Positions 51,623 to 61,539 of a DNA stretch of 64,000 bases are shown in pieces. The DNA is from Tolypothrix carrinoi HA7290-LM1 (lineage in GTDB: Bacteria > Cyanobacteriota > Cyanobacteriia > Cyanobacteriales > Nostocaceae), in the NCBI GenBank assembly GCA_019358935.1, contig JAHHIK010000013.1, positions 38,007 through 102,006 on the forward strand, read 5' to 3'. The first letter of the stretch is position 1; each line of letters starts with the position of its first letter. The position numbers and the translations under genes were made by a program. The notes beneath the pieces were generated by a model. It ran no database searches. It was given only the letters and a program-made list of their open reading frames with translations, and was not told the DNA's origin.

Positions 51623-52008
51623 TGAGGCTGCTGCTGGATACGCATATCTTTATTTGGTACATATTGGACATCCAAAGGCTGACTGCTAGAGTACGAGCGT
51701 TAATCGACGATGAGGATAATGAAATTCTACTCAGTACAGCCAGTGCTTGGGAAATGGCGATAAAACAAAGCACTGGCAAACTGAGTTTTGGGATGCCATT
51801 TGAGATGTTTATCACGCAGCAACTCAGCCTGAATAAATTTAATTTGCTGGAGATTAAAATAGAACATCTCACTGTCGTTTCGACCTTACCTCTTCATCAT
51901 CGGGACCCATTTGACCGACTTTTAATTGCACAAGCAATCGTCGAGCAAATACCGATTTTAAGTGCTGATTCTGCTTTTGATGCTTATCCAATTCAGCGGT
52001 TGTGGTAA
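51622..52008 (+). CDS. vapC: VapC PIN-domain toxin
   Basis: LLLDTH, SAWEMAIK, HRDPFDRLLIAQA, SAD. Confidence 0.9.
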   Translation: MRLLLDTHIFIWYILDIQRLTARVRALIDDEDNEILLSTASAWEMAIKQSTGKLSFGMPFEMFITQQLSLNKFNLLEIKIEHLTVVSTLPLHHRDPFDRLLIAQAIVEQIPILSADSAFDAYPIQRLW

Positions 52009-52075
52009 GTAGCAAAAAAGAAGAAGTTTTGCGCGATCGCCTCACACAGTTTATCAATATTGATACGGAGTTGTT

Positions 52076-53467
52076 ATGCTGCACGATCCCAACCAGAACA
52101 CACTGTTCCCGAAACTGCCTGATGAAGCATTACAGGAGATGCAGCAATTTGGCAAAGAAATTAAGCTCAACAAAGGCGATATCCTATTTAATGAAGGCGA
52201 ATCAAACTATAACTTTCATGTTGTTTTATCAGGCGAAATTGAGATTACCAAACACGTTGGTGATGAAACAAGACTGTTAGCAGTACATCGTCGAGGTGAA
52301 TTTATGGGTGAATTGTCGATGTTGACTGGTTCCGCATCAATTGCTAATGCTAAAGCCTTATTACCCAGTCGCGTCTTGCAAGTTGATATTGATACTTTTA
52401 GACATATTATGGCGGAATGTTCGCCTTTAGCTGATGTTATTCTAACCGCAATGGCGGGGCGAACCAAAGACGTAGAAGCACAACTTAGGCAACAAGAAAA
52501 GCTAGCAGCGCTAGGTAAAATGTCAGCCGGACTAGCACACGAGTTAAATAATCCTGCCGCAGCAGGAAGACGCGCAGCAGGGCAACTGCGCGAGAATTTT
52601 CAAAACTTACAAAATCTCGCTTTGCAGTTAAATTCACTCAATAAAGAACAACTAAATTTTATTATCAATTTTCAACTGCAAGCGACACAACACACAACTA
52701 AATTCGACACACTTACCCAAAGCGATAAAGAAGATGAAGTCACAGACTGGCTAGAAGACCATGATGTTAGTAATGCTTGGAAACTTGCCTCTACATTAGT
52801 TAGCGCCGGCATTGATGCCCAAAAGTTAGATACTCTCGCCGACAACATACCCGAAGACTGTCTCAGCAACGTTTTAACTTGGCTAGAAGCAGCACTTGCT
52901 TCTCATGGACTAATCAACGACATTGAACAAAGTACCAGCCGAATCTCTGAATTAGTGAAAGCAATTAAAGGCTATTCCTACATGGATCAAGCTGCATTGC
53001 AAGAGATAGATTTGCATGATGGCATTGAAAATACTTTGCTTATTCTCAATCATCGTTTGAAAAAAGGAGTCATCGTCAAGCGCGAATATGATAAGACTCT
53101 GCCACGGATTTGCGCTTATGCTAGCGAACTCAATCAAGTCTGGACAAATTTGATTGATAATGCCATTGATGCGATGGATGGAAAAGGCGATTTGACGATA
53201 CGCACATACAGAGAAAATAGCTGCCTTGTAGTCGAAATCGCCGATACCGGAATGGGTATCCCGCCAGCGATTCAAACTCGAATTTTTGAGCCATTTTTTA
53301 CTACAAAAGGCGTGGGGAAAGGCACAGGGTTAGGTTTAGAAATAGCCTATAGAATTATTGTTAAAAGACATAAAGGTGATATTCACTTTGAATCAAAACC
53401 TGGTAATACTCGTTTTCGAGTAAGTTTGCCTATCGAATCAACTAGTGACTCATGCAAAAAACAGTGA
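52076..53467 (+). CDS. cNMP-binding-domain histidine kinase 1 (soluble)
   Basis: GDILFNEG..GEFMGELS; LAHELNNPA; NLIDNA; PFFTTK..GTGLGL. Confidence 0.9.
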   Translation: MLHDPNQNTLFPKLPDEALQEMQQFGKEIKLNKGDILFNEGESNYNFHVVLSGEIEITKHVGDETRLLAVHRRGEFMGELSMLTGSASIANAKALLPSRVLQVDIDTFRHIMAECSPLADVILTAMAGRTKDVEAQLRQQEKLAALGKMSAGLAHELNNPAAAGRRAAGQLRENFQNLQNLALQLNSLNKEQLNFIINFQLQATQHTTKFDTLTQSDKEDEVTDWLEDHDVSNAWKLASTLVSAGIDAQKLDTLADNIPEDCLSNVLTWLEAALASHGLINDIEQSTSRISELVKAIKGYSYMDQAALQEIDLHDGIENTLLILNHRLKKGVIVKREYDKTLPRICAYASELNQVWTNLIDNAIDAMDGKGDLTIRTYRENSCLVVEIADTGMGIPPAIQTRIFEPFFTTKGVGKGTGLGLEIAYRIIVKRHKGDIHFESKPGNTRFRVSLPIESTSDSCKKQ

Positions 53468-53560
53468 TAAATTATGACTTGAATAACTTCTCATTCAAAA
53501 CTCCGCGTAATGCGCTAAACTCCGCTACGAGCGTGCGTTTAAATTAAAACCTTCAATTTT

Positions 53561-54958
53561 ATGCTTGATATCAACACTTTACGCCAAGTACCACTTTTCA
53601 CAAAGTTACCGGAACAACGTTTGCAATGGCTACTTGAACAAATTACAGAAATATGGTTAGAACCTGGTGAAATTCATCGTCAAGAAGGAGATCCAGCAAA
53701 TCATGTTTTTGTACTGTTAGAAGGGGAAATTAGAATTACGCAAAAAGAAGGCAATCAAGAGATTTTATTAGTAACATTCAAACCAAAAACATTATTTGGT
53801 GAATTACCTGTTTTAATGGGTGAGAAAAACTTCTGGGTAACTGGAAAAGCAGTAACTCGCAGCCATATTTTAGAATTGCCAAACGAAGCCTTTTGGGAAC
53901 TGCTTTCGAGTTGTACTTGTGTGATGATAGATATTTTGCAAAATATGGCAAAACGTCTGCAAACAGTGCAATCAATATCACAACATCGAGAAAAATTAGT
54001 ATCATTAGGCACTTTAGCCGCAGGTTTAGCACACGAGTTGAATAATCCTGCCTCAGCCGGTCGCAGAGCCGCTGGACAATTGCGCCAAACTGTGCAGGTG
54101 TTGCAACCACTAACAATTAAATTGAATCAACAGCAGATGAACGGTGCCCAAAAAGCCTTTTTATCTGAGTTGCAAGAAGATGCAATACAACGGGCAAAAA
54201 CAGCAGCGAAACTCGATCCGCTGACTCAAAGCGATCGCGAAGATGAAATCACACAATGGCTAGAAGATCGTAACATCAACAATGCTTGGAAACTCGCTCC
54301 CAACCTCGTTACAGCCGGGATTGACATCGACTGGCTTTTGAATGTTCAACAAAAAGTAGGTGATTTGTTGCTAGGTGATGTCCTCACTTGGATAGAAGTA
54401 ACTTTGCAAGAACTAGATTTGTTAGAAGAAATCGAGCATAGCACTGACCGTATTTCTACTTTAGTACAGGCAGTCAAAGATTACTCGTACATGGATCAAG
54501 CACCCTTACAAGAAATAGATATTCATGAAGGGTTAGAAAGTACGATTACAATCTTGAATCACAAGCTAAAACAAGGTGTAGTAGTCAAGCGTGAATATGA
54601 CTGTCATACCCCGCGTATCAGCGCTTATGGCAGCGAATTAAATCAAGTGTGGACTAACTTAATTGATAATGCCATTGATGCCATGAACGGGCAAGGTGAA
54701 ATTCAAATTCGCACCGTCTGCGAAAACGATTTCTTACTAGTAGAAATTGGTGACAATGGTCCAGGAATTCCCCCAGAAATTCAATCGCACATTTTCGAGC
54801 CATTTTTCACCACCAAAGGTGTAGGACAAGGAACCGGCTTAGGTTTGCACACCGTTTATCGCGTCGTTGTCGGGCAACATTTAGGTGATATCCGCCTATT
54901 TTCTCAACCAGGAAAAACAAAATTTCAGATTCGCTTGCCAATGAATTTATCTTCGTAG
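53561..54958 (+). CDS. cNMP-binding-domain histidine kinase 2 (soluble)
   Basis: Paralog of 52076-53467 with the same H, N and G boxes. Confidence 0.9.
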   Translation: MLDINTLRQVPLFTKLPEQRLQWLLEQITEIWLEPGEIHRQEGDPANHVFVLLEGEIRITQKEGNQEILLVTFKPKTLFGELPVLMGEKNFWVTGKAVTRSHILELPNEAFWELLSSCTCVMIDILQNMAKRLQTVQSISQHREKLVSLGTLAAGLAHELNNPASAGRRAAGQLRQTVQVLQPLTIKLNQQQMNGAQKAFLSELQEDAIQRAKTAAKLDPLTQSDREDEITQWLEDRNINNAWKLAPNLVTAGIDIDWLLNVQQKVGDLLLGDVLTWIEVTLQELDLLEEIEHSTDRISTLVQAVKDYSYMDQAPLQEIDIHEGLESTITILNHKLKQGVVVKREYDCHTPRISAYGSELNQVWTNLIDNAIDAMNGQGEIQIRTVCENDFLLVEIGDNGPGIPPEIQSHIFEPFFTTKGVGQGTGLGLHTVYRVVVGQHLGDIRLFSQPGKTKFQIRLPMNLSS

Positions 54959-54970
54959 TAAGCACTCTTG

Positions 54971-55061
54971 GTAGGGTGCGTTATGCGCTCTTTGCTAACG
55001 CACCGCGACTCCTTAAACAGATTAGATCAAGAAGGTGCGTTAACGAAGTAACGCACCCTAC
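54971..55061. repeat. REPIN-like pair GTAGGGTGCGTTA...TAACGCACCCTAC
   Basis: Inverted GTAG-REP copies with internal hairpins. Confidence 0.7.
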
Positions 55062-55090
55062 AAATTACTACTTACTATCAGGAGAATTCC

Positions 55091-55345
55091 ATGAGTACAT
55101 GCACGCATCTCAATCAAATTCAAGAAGTTACGGCTAGCGCTAACGGTTGTGAAGAATGTTTAATTAGGGGGGACAGATGGGTGCATTTGCGCCAATGTCT
55201 TCTTTGCGGACACATCGGTTGCTGCGACTCTTCAAAAAACAAACACGCTACCAAACACTTTAACGCAACTAATCATCCGATTGTCAAATCGTTTGAACCG
55301 GGTGAAGAATGGCGTTGGTGTTATATCGATAAAACTTTCGTGTAG
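55091..55345 (+). CDS. Stand-alone UBP-type zinc finger protein
   Basis: CTH..CEEC..WVHLRQCLLCGHIGCCDSS..HATKH..WCYID. Confidence 0.9.
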   Translation: MSTCTHLNQIQEVTASANGCEECLIRGDRWVHLRQCLLCGHIGCCDSSKNKHATKHFNATNHPIVKSFEPGEEWRWCYIDKTFV

Positions 55346-55534
55346 AAAATAAATTCTTAGCTGCTGCGACTAAAAAACACAGCAGCTATAACAATTAAAC
55401 TCAAAAGCGCCAAAGGTACCCAAAGATTAGGGATATCTGATAGACTCATAATTTCAAATTAATCAGCATAAGAGCGATAATTACTTTTACATATAGCAGC
55501 TTAGATTTATTAATGCGTGAATGCGTGAATTTAT

Positions 55535-58105
55535 ATGACATCAAAAGAAACAGTGACATGGCTACAAGAACGCACAGCTTTAGGAACTCTTGAAGCTGAA
55601 GTGTTAAATGCGATCGCCCAACAAATCGAAGAACAAATCATCCCACCTAAAACCAACTTAGTTGTAGAAAACACTACCCCAGAAGCACTTTACATTCTTG
55701 TCGAAGGTCAACTCGAAAGCGATAGCAGCAATCAAGCCAACCCAGCGTTAGCGATTGGCTTTCTTCCCGGTGCCGTGATTCACCTGCAAGAATTGCTGTT
55801 AGACCAGCCGACGCAACGCACCATCACCACTGTTACAGAATGCCATGTTTGGGTTGTGCCTGCCGAAAAATTTCGCGCTTTAGTCGGTGAATATCCGGAA
55901 ATTTTTCAAGCTGTTTCCCGTCAATTGGCGCAAGAATTGGCGAATTTAACATCAGCCTTTACCTACGAACAAGAACGAGCGATCGCCTTGCGTCCGTATT
56001 TAGTCACCAAAGCCAAACGGGGAATTGTTGGTACAAGTCGCTATGCGGTGCGTTTGCGCGAGGAAATTCGCGAAGCTGCAAGCGATGCCTACGGCGGGCA
56101 GAGCCAACGCAAATCTGTCTTGATTTTCGGCGAACCAGGCTTAGAAAAAGACAATATAGCCGCTTTAATTCACTTTGGTTCCAAACAGCGACGCGAACCG
56201 ATTATCAAAGTTAACTGTGGTATCCTGCAAACCAGCGGTGCAGATTTATTTGGGCGTGCTGGTGGCAAACCAGGACTGCTGGAATGGTTGGGAGAAGGTA
56301 CTCTCGTCCTCAACAACATTCAAGAAACTCCGCCAGAGTTGCTGCCACAAATAGTAGATTTAGTCAAAACATCTACGTACAATCCCGTAAATCGTTCGGA
56401 AGAAGCAGCCGCACCCCGCACTTCTCGCGCTCGGATTATGATTGTTTCCGAAAAAAATCAGCCGCAAATCGAACGCTGTATTGGTCATAACATCAAAGTG
56501 CCACCGCTGCGAGTGCGGAAAGCTGATATCAAGGCTCAAGTAGATTATTACATCAGTCTTTACACTCAGGCTAGGGGTATTCATAAACAAAAATTAGCAC
56601 CAGAAGCATTGCGCCGTTTACAATCTTATGATTTTCCTGGCAACTTGAAAGAATTGCAAAGTTTGGTAGAAAGAGCGATCGTCCAAGCTGGGTCAGCGCG
56701 GGAGTTAACAGAAGAAATTTTCTGGTCAGCGGATACGAAGAAAAAGCGATTTCGGGTGAATTTGTTGAATGTTTATCCAGATTTGCGGAAATTTCTCCGC
56801 AGTGCGTGGTGGCCCGATCGCATTAATTATGGCTTTACTGCCACTGCTTTTGCGTTGATTGTGGCAGTGTTATTTATTGGACCGCAAACACGCGATCGTA
56901 ATTTCGCTCTCAATCTATTTTGGGCTTGGTGGTGGGCTTTTTTCCTATTTCTCTTTCCGTTTCTCGGTCGCGTGTGGTGCGCTGTTTGTCCCTTCATGAT
57001 TTACGGAGAAATTACCCAAAAACTCTCTTTATGGTTGTTTCCTCGACAACTCAAACGCTGGAATCGACAGCTAGCTGAAAAATGGGGTGGATGGTTTCTT
57101 TTTGGACTATTTACCCTAATTTTTCTGTGGGAAGAACTTTGGGACTTAGAAAATACAGCTTACCTTTCTGCTTGTTTGCTGCTGTTAATTACCGCCGGCG
57201 CGATGATTTTCTCTGCCATTTTTGAACGGCGTTTTTGGTGTCGATATCTTTGTCCCATCGGCGGAATGAACGGTTTATTTGCTAAACTTTCAATGACCGA
57301 ACTTCGAGCGCAACAAGGTATTTGTTCCGCCACTTGCACTACTTATCAATGTTACAAAGGTGGACCGGAAAAAGGCGAAGGAATGGAAACTAACGGATGT
57401 CCATTGTATTCGCACCCAGCGCAATTAGAAGATAATAAAGACTGCGTGTTGTGCATGACTTGTCTGAAAGCTTGTCCTCATCGTTCAGTTGAGTTTAATT
57501 TGCGTCCCCCTGGAATTGAATTGTGGACGACTCATGTAGCCCACACTTATGAAGTAGCGCTGTTGTTTTTACTATTAGGTGGAGTGTATCTGCATCGCTT
57601 ACCGGAATTACAATCTTGGTTAGGGTTAGATTTCGATTTAACGCAATTTTGGCAACATTTAGGATTATCGCTACTAGCTTTAATTATCCCTGTAGCTGTT
57701 CCCTTAGCGGCATATGGCTTGACGAAAATAATAAATTTTGGACGTAAGCCGAAAGCATTTATAGAACTTGCTTATGGCTATCTACCATTAGTACTGGGAG
57801 GTAACTTAGCGCACTATCTGCGTTTGAGCCTAGAAGAAGGCGGACGCATTATCCCAGTAACTTTTGCCACTTTTGGTCTAAATGGCGAACAGTTGCCTGT
57901 ATTGGTCGCTCACCCAGCGGTGGTTGACTTTTTGCAGGGTGTTACCTTGATTTTTTCAGTTTTGTTAACGATAGTGTTAACCCAAAAAATTGCTCGTCAA
58001 CCGATGCGTACACCGAAGGGGTTGGCGCAGCCATCGCTCTTTTGGCAACACTTAGCAGCTATTACACTAGGCGCTAGTATGTGGGCGATTATAGTGTCTA
58101 ATTAA
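55535..58105 (+). CDS. cNMP / degenerate sigma54-activator AAA+ / membrane 4Fe-4S (NapH/CcoG-like) fusion protein
   Basis: GEPGLEKD, VPPLR, FPGNLKEL; WCAVCP, WCRYLCP, CVLCMTCLKACP. Confidence 0.8.
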   Translation: MTSKETVTWLQERTALGTLEAEVLNAIAQQIEEQIIPPKTNLVVENTTPEALYILVEGQLESDSSNQANPALAIGFLPGAVIHLQELLLDQPTQRTITTVTECHVWVVPAEKFRALVGEYPEIFQAVSRQLAQELANLTSAFTYEQERAIALRPYLVTKAKRGIVGTSRYAVRLREEIREAASDAYGGQSQRKSVLIFGEPGLEKDNIAALIHFGSKQRREPIIKVNCGILQTSGADLFGRAGGKPGLLEWLGEGTLVLNNIQETPPELLPQIVDLVKTSTYNPVNRSEEAAAPRTSRARIMIVSEKNQPQIERCIGHNIKVPPLRVRKADIKAQVDYYISLYTQARGIHKQKLAPEALRRLQSYDFPGNLKELQSLVERAIVQAGSARELTEEIFWSADTKKKRFRVNLLNVYPDLRKFLRSAWWPDRINYGFTATAFALIVAVLFIGPQTRDRNFALNLFWAWWWAFFLFLFPFLGRVWCAVCPFMIYGEITQKLSLWLFPRQLKRWNRQLAEKWGGWFLFGLFTLIFLWEELWDLENTAYLSACLLLLITAGAMIFSAIFERRFWCRYLCPIGGMNGLFAKLSMTELRAQQGICSATCTTYQCYKGGPEKGEGMETNGCPLYSHPAQLEDNKDCVLCMTCLKACPHRSVEFNLRPPGIELWTTHVAHTYEVALLFLLLGGVYLHRLPELQSWLGLDFDLTQFWQHLGLSLLALIIPVAVPLAAYGLTKIINFGRKPKAFIELAYGYLPLVLGGNLAHYLRLSLEEGGRIIPVTFATFGLNGEQLPVLVAHPAVVDFLQGVTLIFSVLLTIVLTQKIARQPMRTPKGLAQPSLFWQHLAAITLGASMWAIIVSN
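56082..56110 (+). mobile_element. 21-nt in-frame insertion in a HIP1 site (SDR5-like)
   Basis: GCGAT[GCCTACGGCGGGCAGAGCCAA]CGC. Confidence 0.7.
58006..58037 (-). mobile_element. 24-nt in-frame insertion in a HIP1 site
   Basis: GCG[TACACCGAAGGGGTTGGCGCAGCC]ATCGC. Confidence 0.65.
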
Positions 58106-58370
58106 AAGTTAGGAGTTGGGAGGAGCGGAGTTAAGAGTTAGTGGTTAGTGGTTAGTAGTTAGTGGTTAGTAGTTAGTGGAAAAATAACAACCAACACCCA
58201 ACAACTAACACCCAACAACTAACACCCAACAACCAACACCCAACAACTAACACCCAACAACTAACACCCAACAACTAACACCCAACAACCAACACCCAAC
58301 AACCAACACCCACACCCAACAACCAACACCCAACAACCAACAACGCTCCAACTAACAACTAACACCAAAC
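58106..58370. repeat. STRR arrays, including 14-bp CAACAAC[T/C]AACACC units
   Basis: Directly visible. Confidence 0.85.
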
Positions 58371-58373
58371 AAT

Positions 58374-59555
58374 ATGGCAAATTTTCTACAACCCCCAAGA
58401 TTACGCATTGGGGAAGAAACCGAAGAAGAACGTCGCGCTACTTGGCTGGAACTTTTTTATGATTTGGTATTTGTAGTTGCAGTTTCTCAACTGGCACACA
58501 ATCTCCATGATGATGTCACTTTATCTGGATTTTTTGGCTTTGTTGCTTTGTTTATACCGATTTGGTGGTCATGGATTGGCAGTACAATGTACGCTAACCG
58601 TTTTGATAACGATGATGTGGGACATCGGCTGCTGACTGGTTTACAGATGCTGGCGGCAGCGGCATTAGCTATCAATATACACCACGGTTTAAGTGATAGT
58701 TCGGCTGGTTTTGCTGTTTGTTACGCTCTCGGTCGTGCTGTACTTGTCGCCGAATATATCCGTGCGGGAATGCATATCCCGACAGCGCGGATTTTGACAA
58801 ATTCTTATGCTACAGGTTTTGCTGTTGCTGCTTTGTGTTGGCTCGTATCCGCATTTCTACCGATTCCTTGGCGGTTTGGATTTTGGGCTTTGGGACTAAT
58901 TATTGATTTTGCTACACCGCTGATATGCACCAAGTTACAAATACAATTACCCCCTCACCCCTCGCACTTACCGGAGCGTTTCGGGCTTTTTACGATGATT
59001 GTTTTGGGTGAGGCTATTATCGCCGTAGTTGATGGAGTTTCCGAGCAGAAATGGGATGTTTTGAGTGCGATCGCAGCTTTCTTCGGTTTAGGTATTGCTT
59101 TTGGTTTGTGGTGGGTTTATTTTGATAATCTAGGTGGTACACCGATTCAAAAAGCGCGGACAGAAGGTAAAGTCGGTCCGATGACTATCTGGCTCTACAC
59201 TCACCTACCGCTAGTGATTGGCATTGCTGCAACAGGAGTTGGTGTAGAAAAAGTATTATTGAGCGAGCAGCAAATAGCTTTACCCGATGCAGTCCGCTGG
59301 TTAATTTGTGGCTCGGTAGCTTTGTGCTGGCTAACATTAGGTATTCTCCACCGTTTGGGAGTAATTCGCTATTGCAAAATCCGTGCCAAATATCGAATTG
59401 CAGCGGTACCTTTTGTGCTGGCGATCGCAATTTTTGGCAAAGGTTTGTTACCCATTGCCGTCATAGGACTGCTAGCTATAGTTTGTCTTGTACAAGTTGT
59501 TCAAGACTTCTCCCAAAGTCGTCCCACCACTCGCTTAAGCGAACCAGAGATTTAA
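58374..59555 (+). CDS. Low temperature requirement protein A (LtrA) family membrane protein
   Basis: ATWLELFYDLVFV, HLPERFGLFTMIVLGE. Confidence 0.88.
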   Translation: MANFLQPPRLRIGEETEEERRATWLELFYDLVFVVAVSQLAHNLHDDVTLSGFFGFVALFIPIWWSWIGSTMYANRFDNDDVGHRLLTGLQMLAAAALAINIHHGLSDSSAGFAVCYALGRAVLVAEYIRAGMHIPTARILTNSYATGFAVAALCWLVSAFLPIPWRFGFWALGLIIDFATPLICTKLQIQLPPHPSHLPERFGLFTMIVLGEAIIAVVDGVSEQKWDVLSAIAAFFGLGIAFGLWWVYFDNLGGTPIQKARTEGKVGPMTIWLYTHLPLVIGIAATGVGVEKVLLSEQQIALPDAVRWLICGSVALCWLTLGILHRLGVIRYCKIRAKYRIAAVPFVLAIAIFGKGLLPIAVIGLLAIVCLVQVVQDFSQSRPTTRLSEPEI

Positions 59556-60086
59556 CTTAGGTTAGGACACGTAAGTGTCCTACCCTTGTCAGTCTCTACA
59601 ACTAAATGTAACTTGATATCCGCATCACTATCAGCGCAACCTAATTATTATCTTTATATTGTTGATTATTTATTCACGAAAGATTAATATCTTAAATATA
59701 AGATTTATGTAATTATATGGGCAGAGAATAAAAATATCATAATTGAAAGAGACGGTAACAATGTAATTTCTGTTGACACGTACAAATGTGATTATTCTAC
59801 AGTGTTGGATATCTTCCCTTCAAAACTCATTAGCTAGCTTGCGTTCAGTGTCTTTCTTTAATAAGCGAGTTTCCATCACTACCTGTAGAATACTAATTTC
59901 TCACTTTTCTAAGTAACTTTTTCTTATAGCATTTCCCGTTTGGATACAACACTTAGTAGCGGCTTGAGATTTTTTCAACCCTACAAAGAAAGAATTTGTA
60001 TCCAATAAATTTCTAATTGCTATGATATTTGGTATTTTTCATAACTGAGCGAACAGCAGTTTTACTGTTGTTATAAAAGTTTTGGG

Positions 60087-60272
60087 ATGAGCAAAATCAA
60101 ACAATTGCACGAAGTAATTACCTGTTATGAATACTTAAACAAATATCTTAAATTTAAATATAACAAAATTATTAAATTTGAAAAAGCTTATAAATATCAA
60201 GATTTAGCATTAGCTTATAAAGACAACGGTGATTTAGATAATGCTAAAAAATATGCAATAAAATGCCGGTAA
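60087..60272 (+). pseudogene. Short AT-rich ORF ending in a TPR-like remnant
   Basis: YQDLALAYKDNGDLDNAKKY resembles one TPR. Confidence 0.35.
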
Positions 60273-60397
60273 CTTTTATTGTCAGAACTTTTTTTGATAA
60301 TAATAGCAATTATCAAATTGTTGGAAAGGATATATATCAGCAAAATAACTGCTTTTAAGTTACACCTTAACAAGACATAAAGTAATATTTTTAATCT

Positions 60398-61522
60398 ATG
60401 AATTTGCAAGTAATTGATTGGCAAAATCCATTATGGATGCAAACGCTACAAAAACTGCGCCATGATGTTTATCATTTGCCTGAATATTTATATTTAGAAG
60501 CAAAAAAAACCAAAACTATTCCGGAAGCTTTTTTGATAGTTGATGGTGATAAAATATTCTTTGTGCCTTATTTACTACGCCGATGTGATGACATAAGTCA
60601 AGAATCAAAAACAAAACATATTTTCGATGTTCTCTCACCTTACGGTTATTCTGGTATTTTGTTAAGTGAAGCAGCAGCTAATTCCCCAGGCTTTGCTAAT
60701 TTCGCGATTAATCAATTAAAGTATCTGTTAAGAGAAAAAGGCGTAGGTTCAGCTTTTTTTAGACTGCATCCTATACTTAGTCATAACTTTCATACACTTT
60801 TCAGTCCTGCCACTTTCACAGAAATTGGTACAACAGTATCTATAAATTTAAAACTTTCTGATTCTCAAATATGGGCACATACCCGAAGAGGACATCAAAG
60901 TACAATTAATAAGTGTAAGCGACTTGGTTTTACTGCCAGAATGGTAGAGAGTGGGCTATATATAAATGAGTTTACGGAAATTTATGACGAAACAATGAAT
61001 CGTGTCCAAGCGCACAACTCGTATTATTTTAATCACGAATACTTTGCAGACTTGTTAAAATTAGGTAAAAATTTACATTTATGTATTGTGGAATTGAAAG
61101 ATGAAATAGCTGCCGCTTGTTTGTTTTTTGAATCTTGTGGAATAGTTCAAGCGCATTTGGGGGGAACGAAAACCAAGTTTTTACATCAATCTCCTTTTAA
61201 TTTATTGCTAGATTATGTTAGATACTGGGCTAAAGAACGTGGAAATGAATTTTTGCATTTAGGAAGCGGTGTAGGAGGAGTTAAAGATAGTCTCTACAAT
61301 TTCAAAGCTGGCTTTTCTCGACAAAGACACAACTGGCTAAAATTAGGAATTATTACAGACGAAGAGAAATATAACTATTTGGTTGAATTACGGGCAAAGT
61401 CTTTGAGAATTGAAGTTGAGAAACTACTGCAAACTAGTTTTTTCCCGCTTATCGCCTTCCGTATTAAGATAAAGTATATTGACTTGCACAGATTGATCAA
61501 CTTGCGATCGCACTTGAAATAA
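60398..61522 (+). CDS. GNAT/FemAB-like acyltransferase, probable 1-nt frameshift near the C-terminus
   Basis: DVYHLPEY, SPYGYSG, FFRLHP, HLGSGVG..DSLYNFKAGF; PAYR lies in another frame at ~61444. Confidence 0.8.
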   Translation: MNLQVIDWQNPLWMQTLQKLRHDVYHLPEYLYLEAKKTKTIPEAFLIVDGDKIFFVPYLLRRCDDISQESKTKHIFDVLSPYGYSGILLSEAAANSPGFANFAINQLKYLLREKGVGSAFFRLHPILSHNFHTLFSPATFTEIGTTVSINLKLSDSQIWAHTRRGHQSTINKCKRLGFTARMVESGLYINEFTEIYDETMNRVQAHNSYYFNHEYFADLLKLGKNLHLCIVELKDEIAAACLFFESCGIVQAHLGGTKTKFLHQSPFNLLLDYVRYWAKERGNEFLHLGSGVGGVKDSLYNFKAGFSRQRHNWLKLGIITDEEKYNYLVELRAKSLRIEVEKLLQTSFFPLIAFRIKIKYIDLHRLINLRSHLK

Positions 61523-61539
61523 TACCCAGTATCAATACC

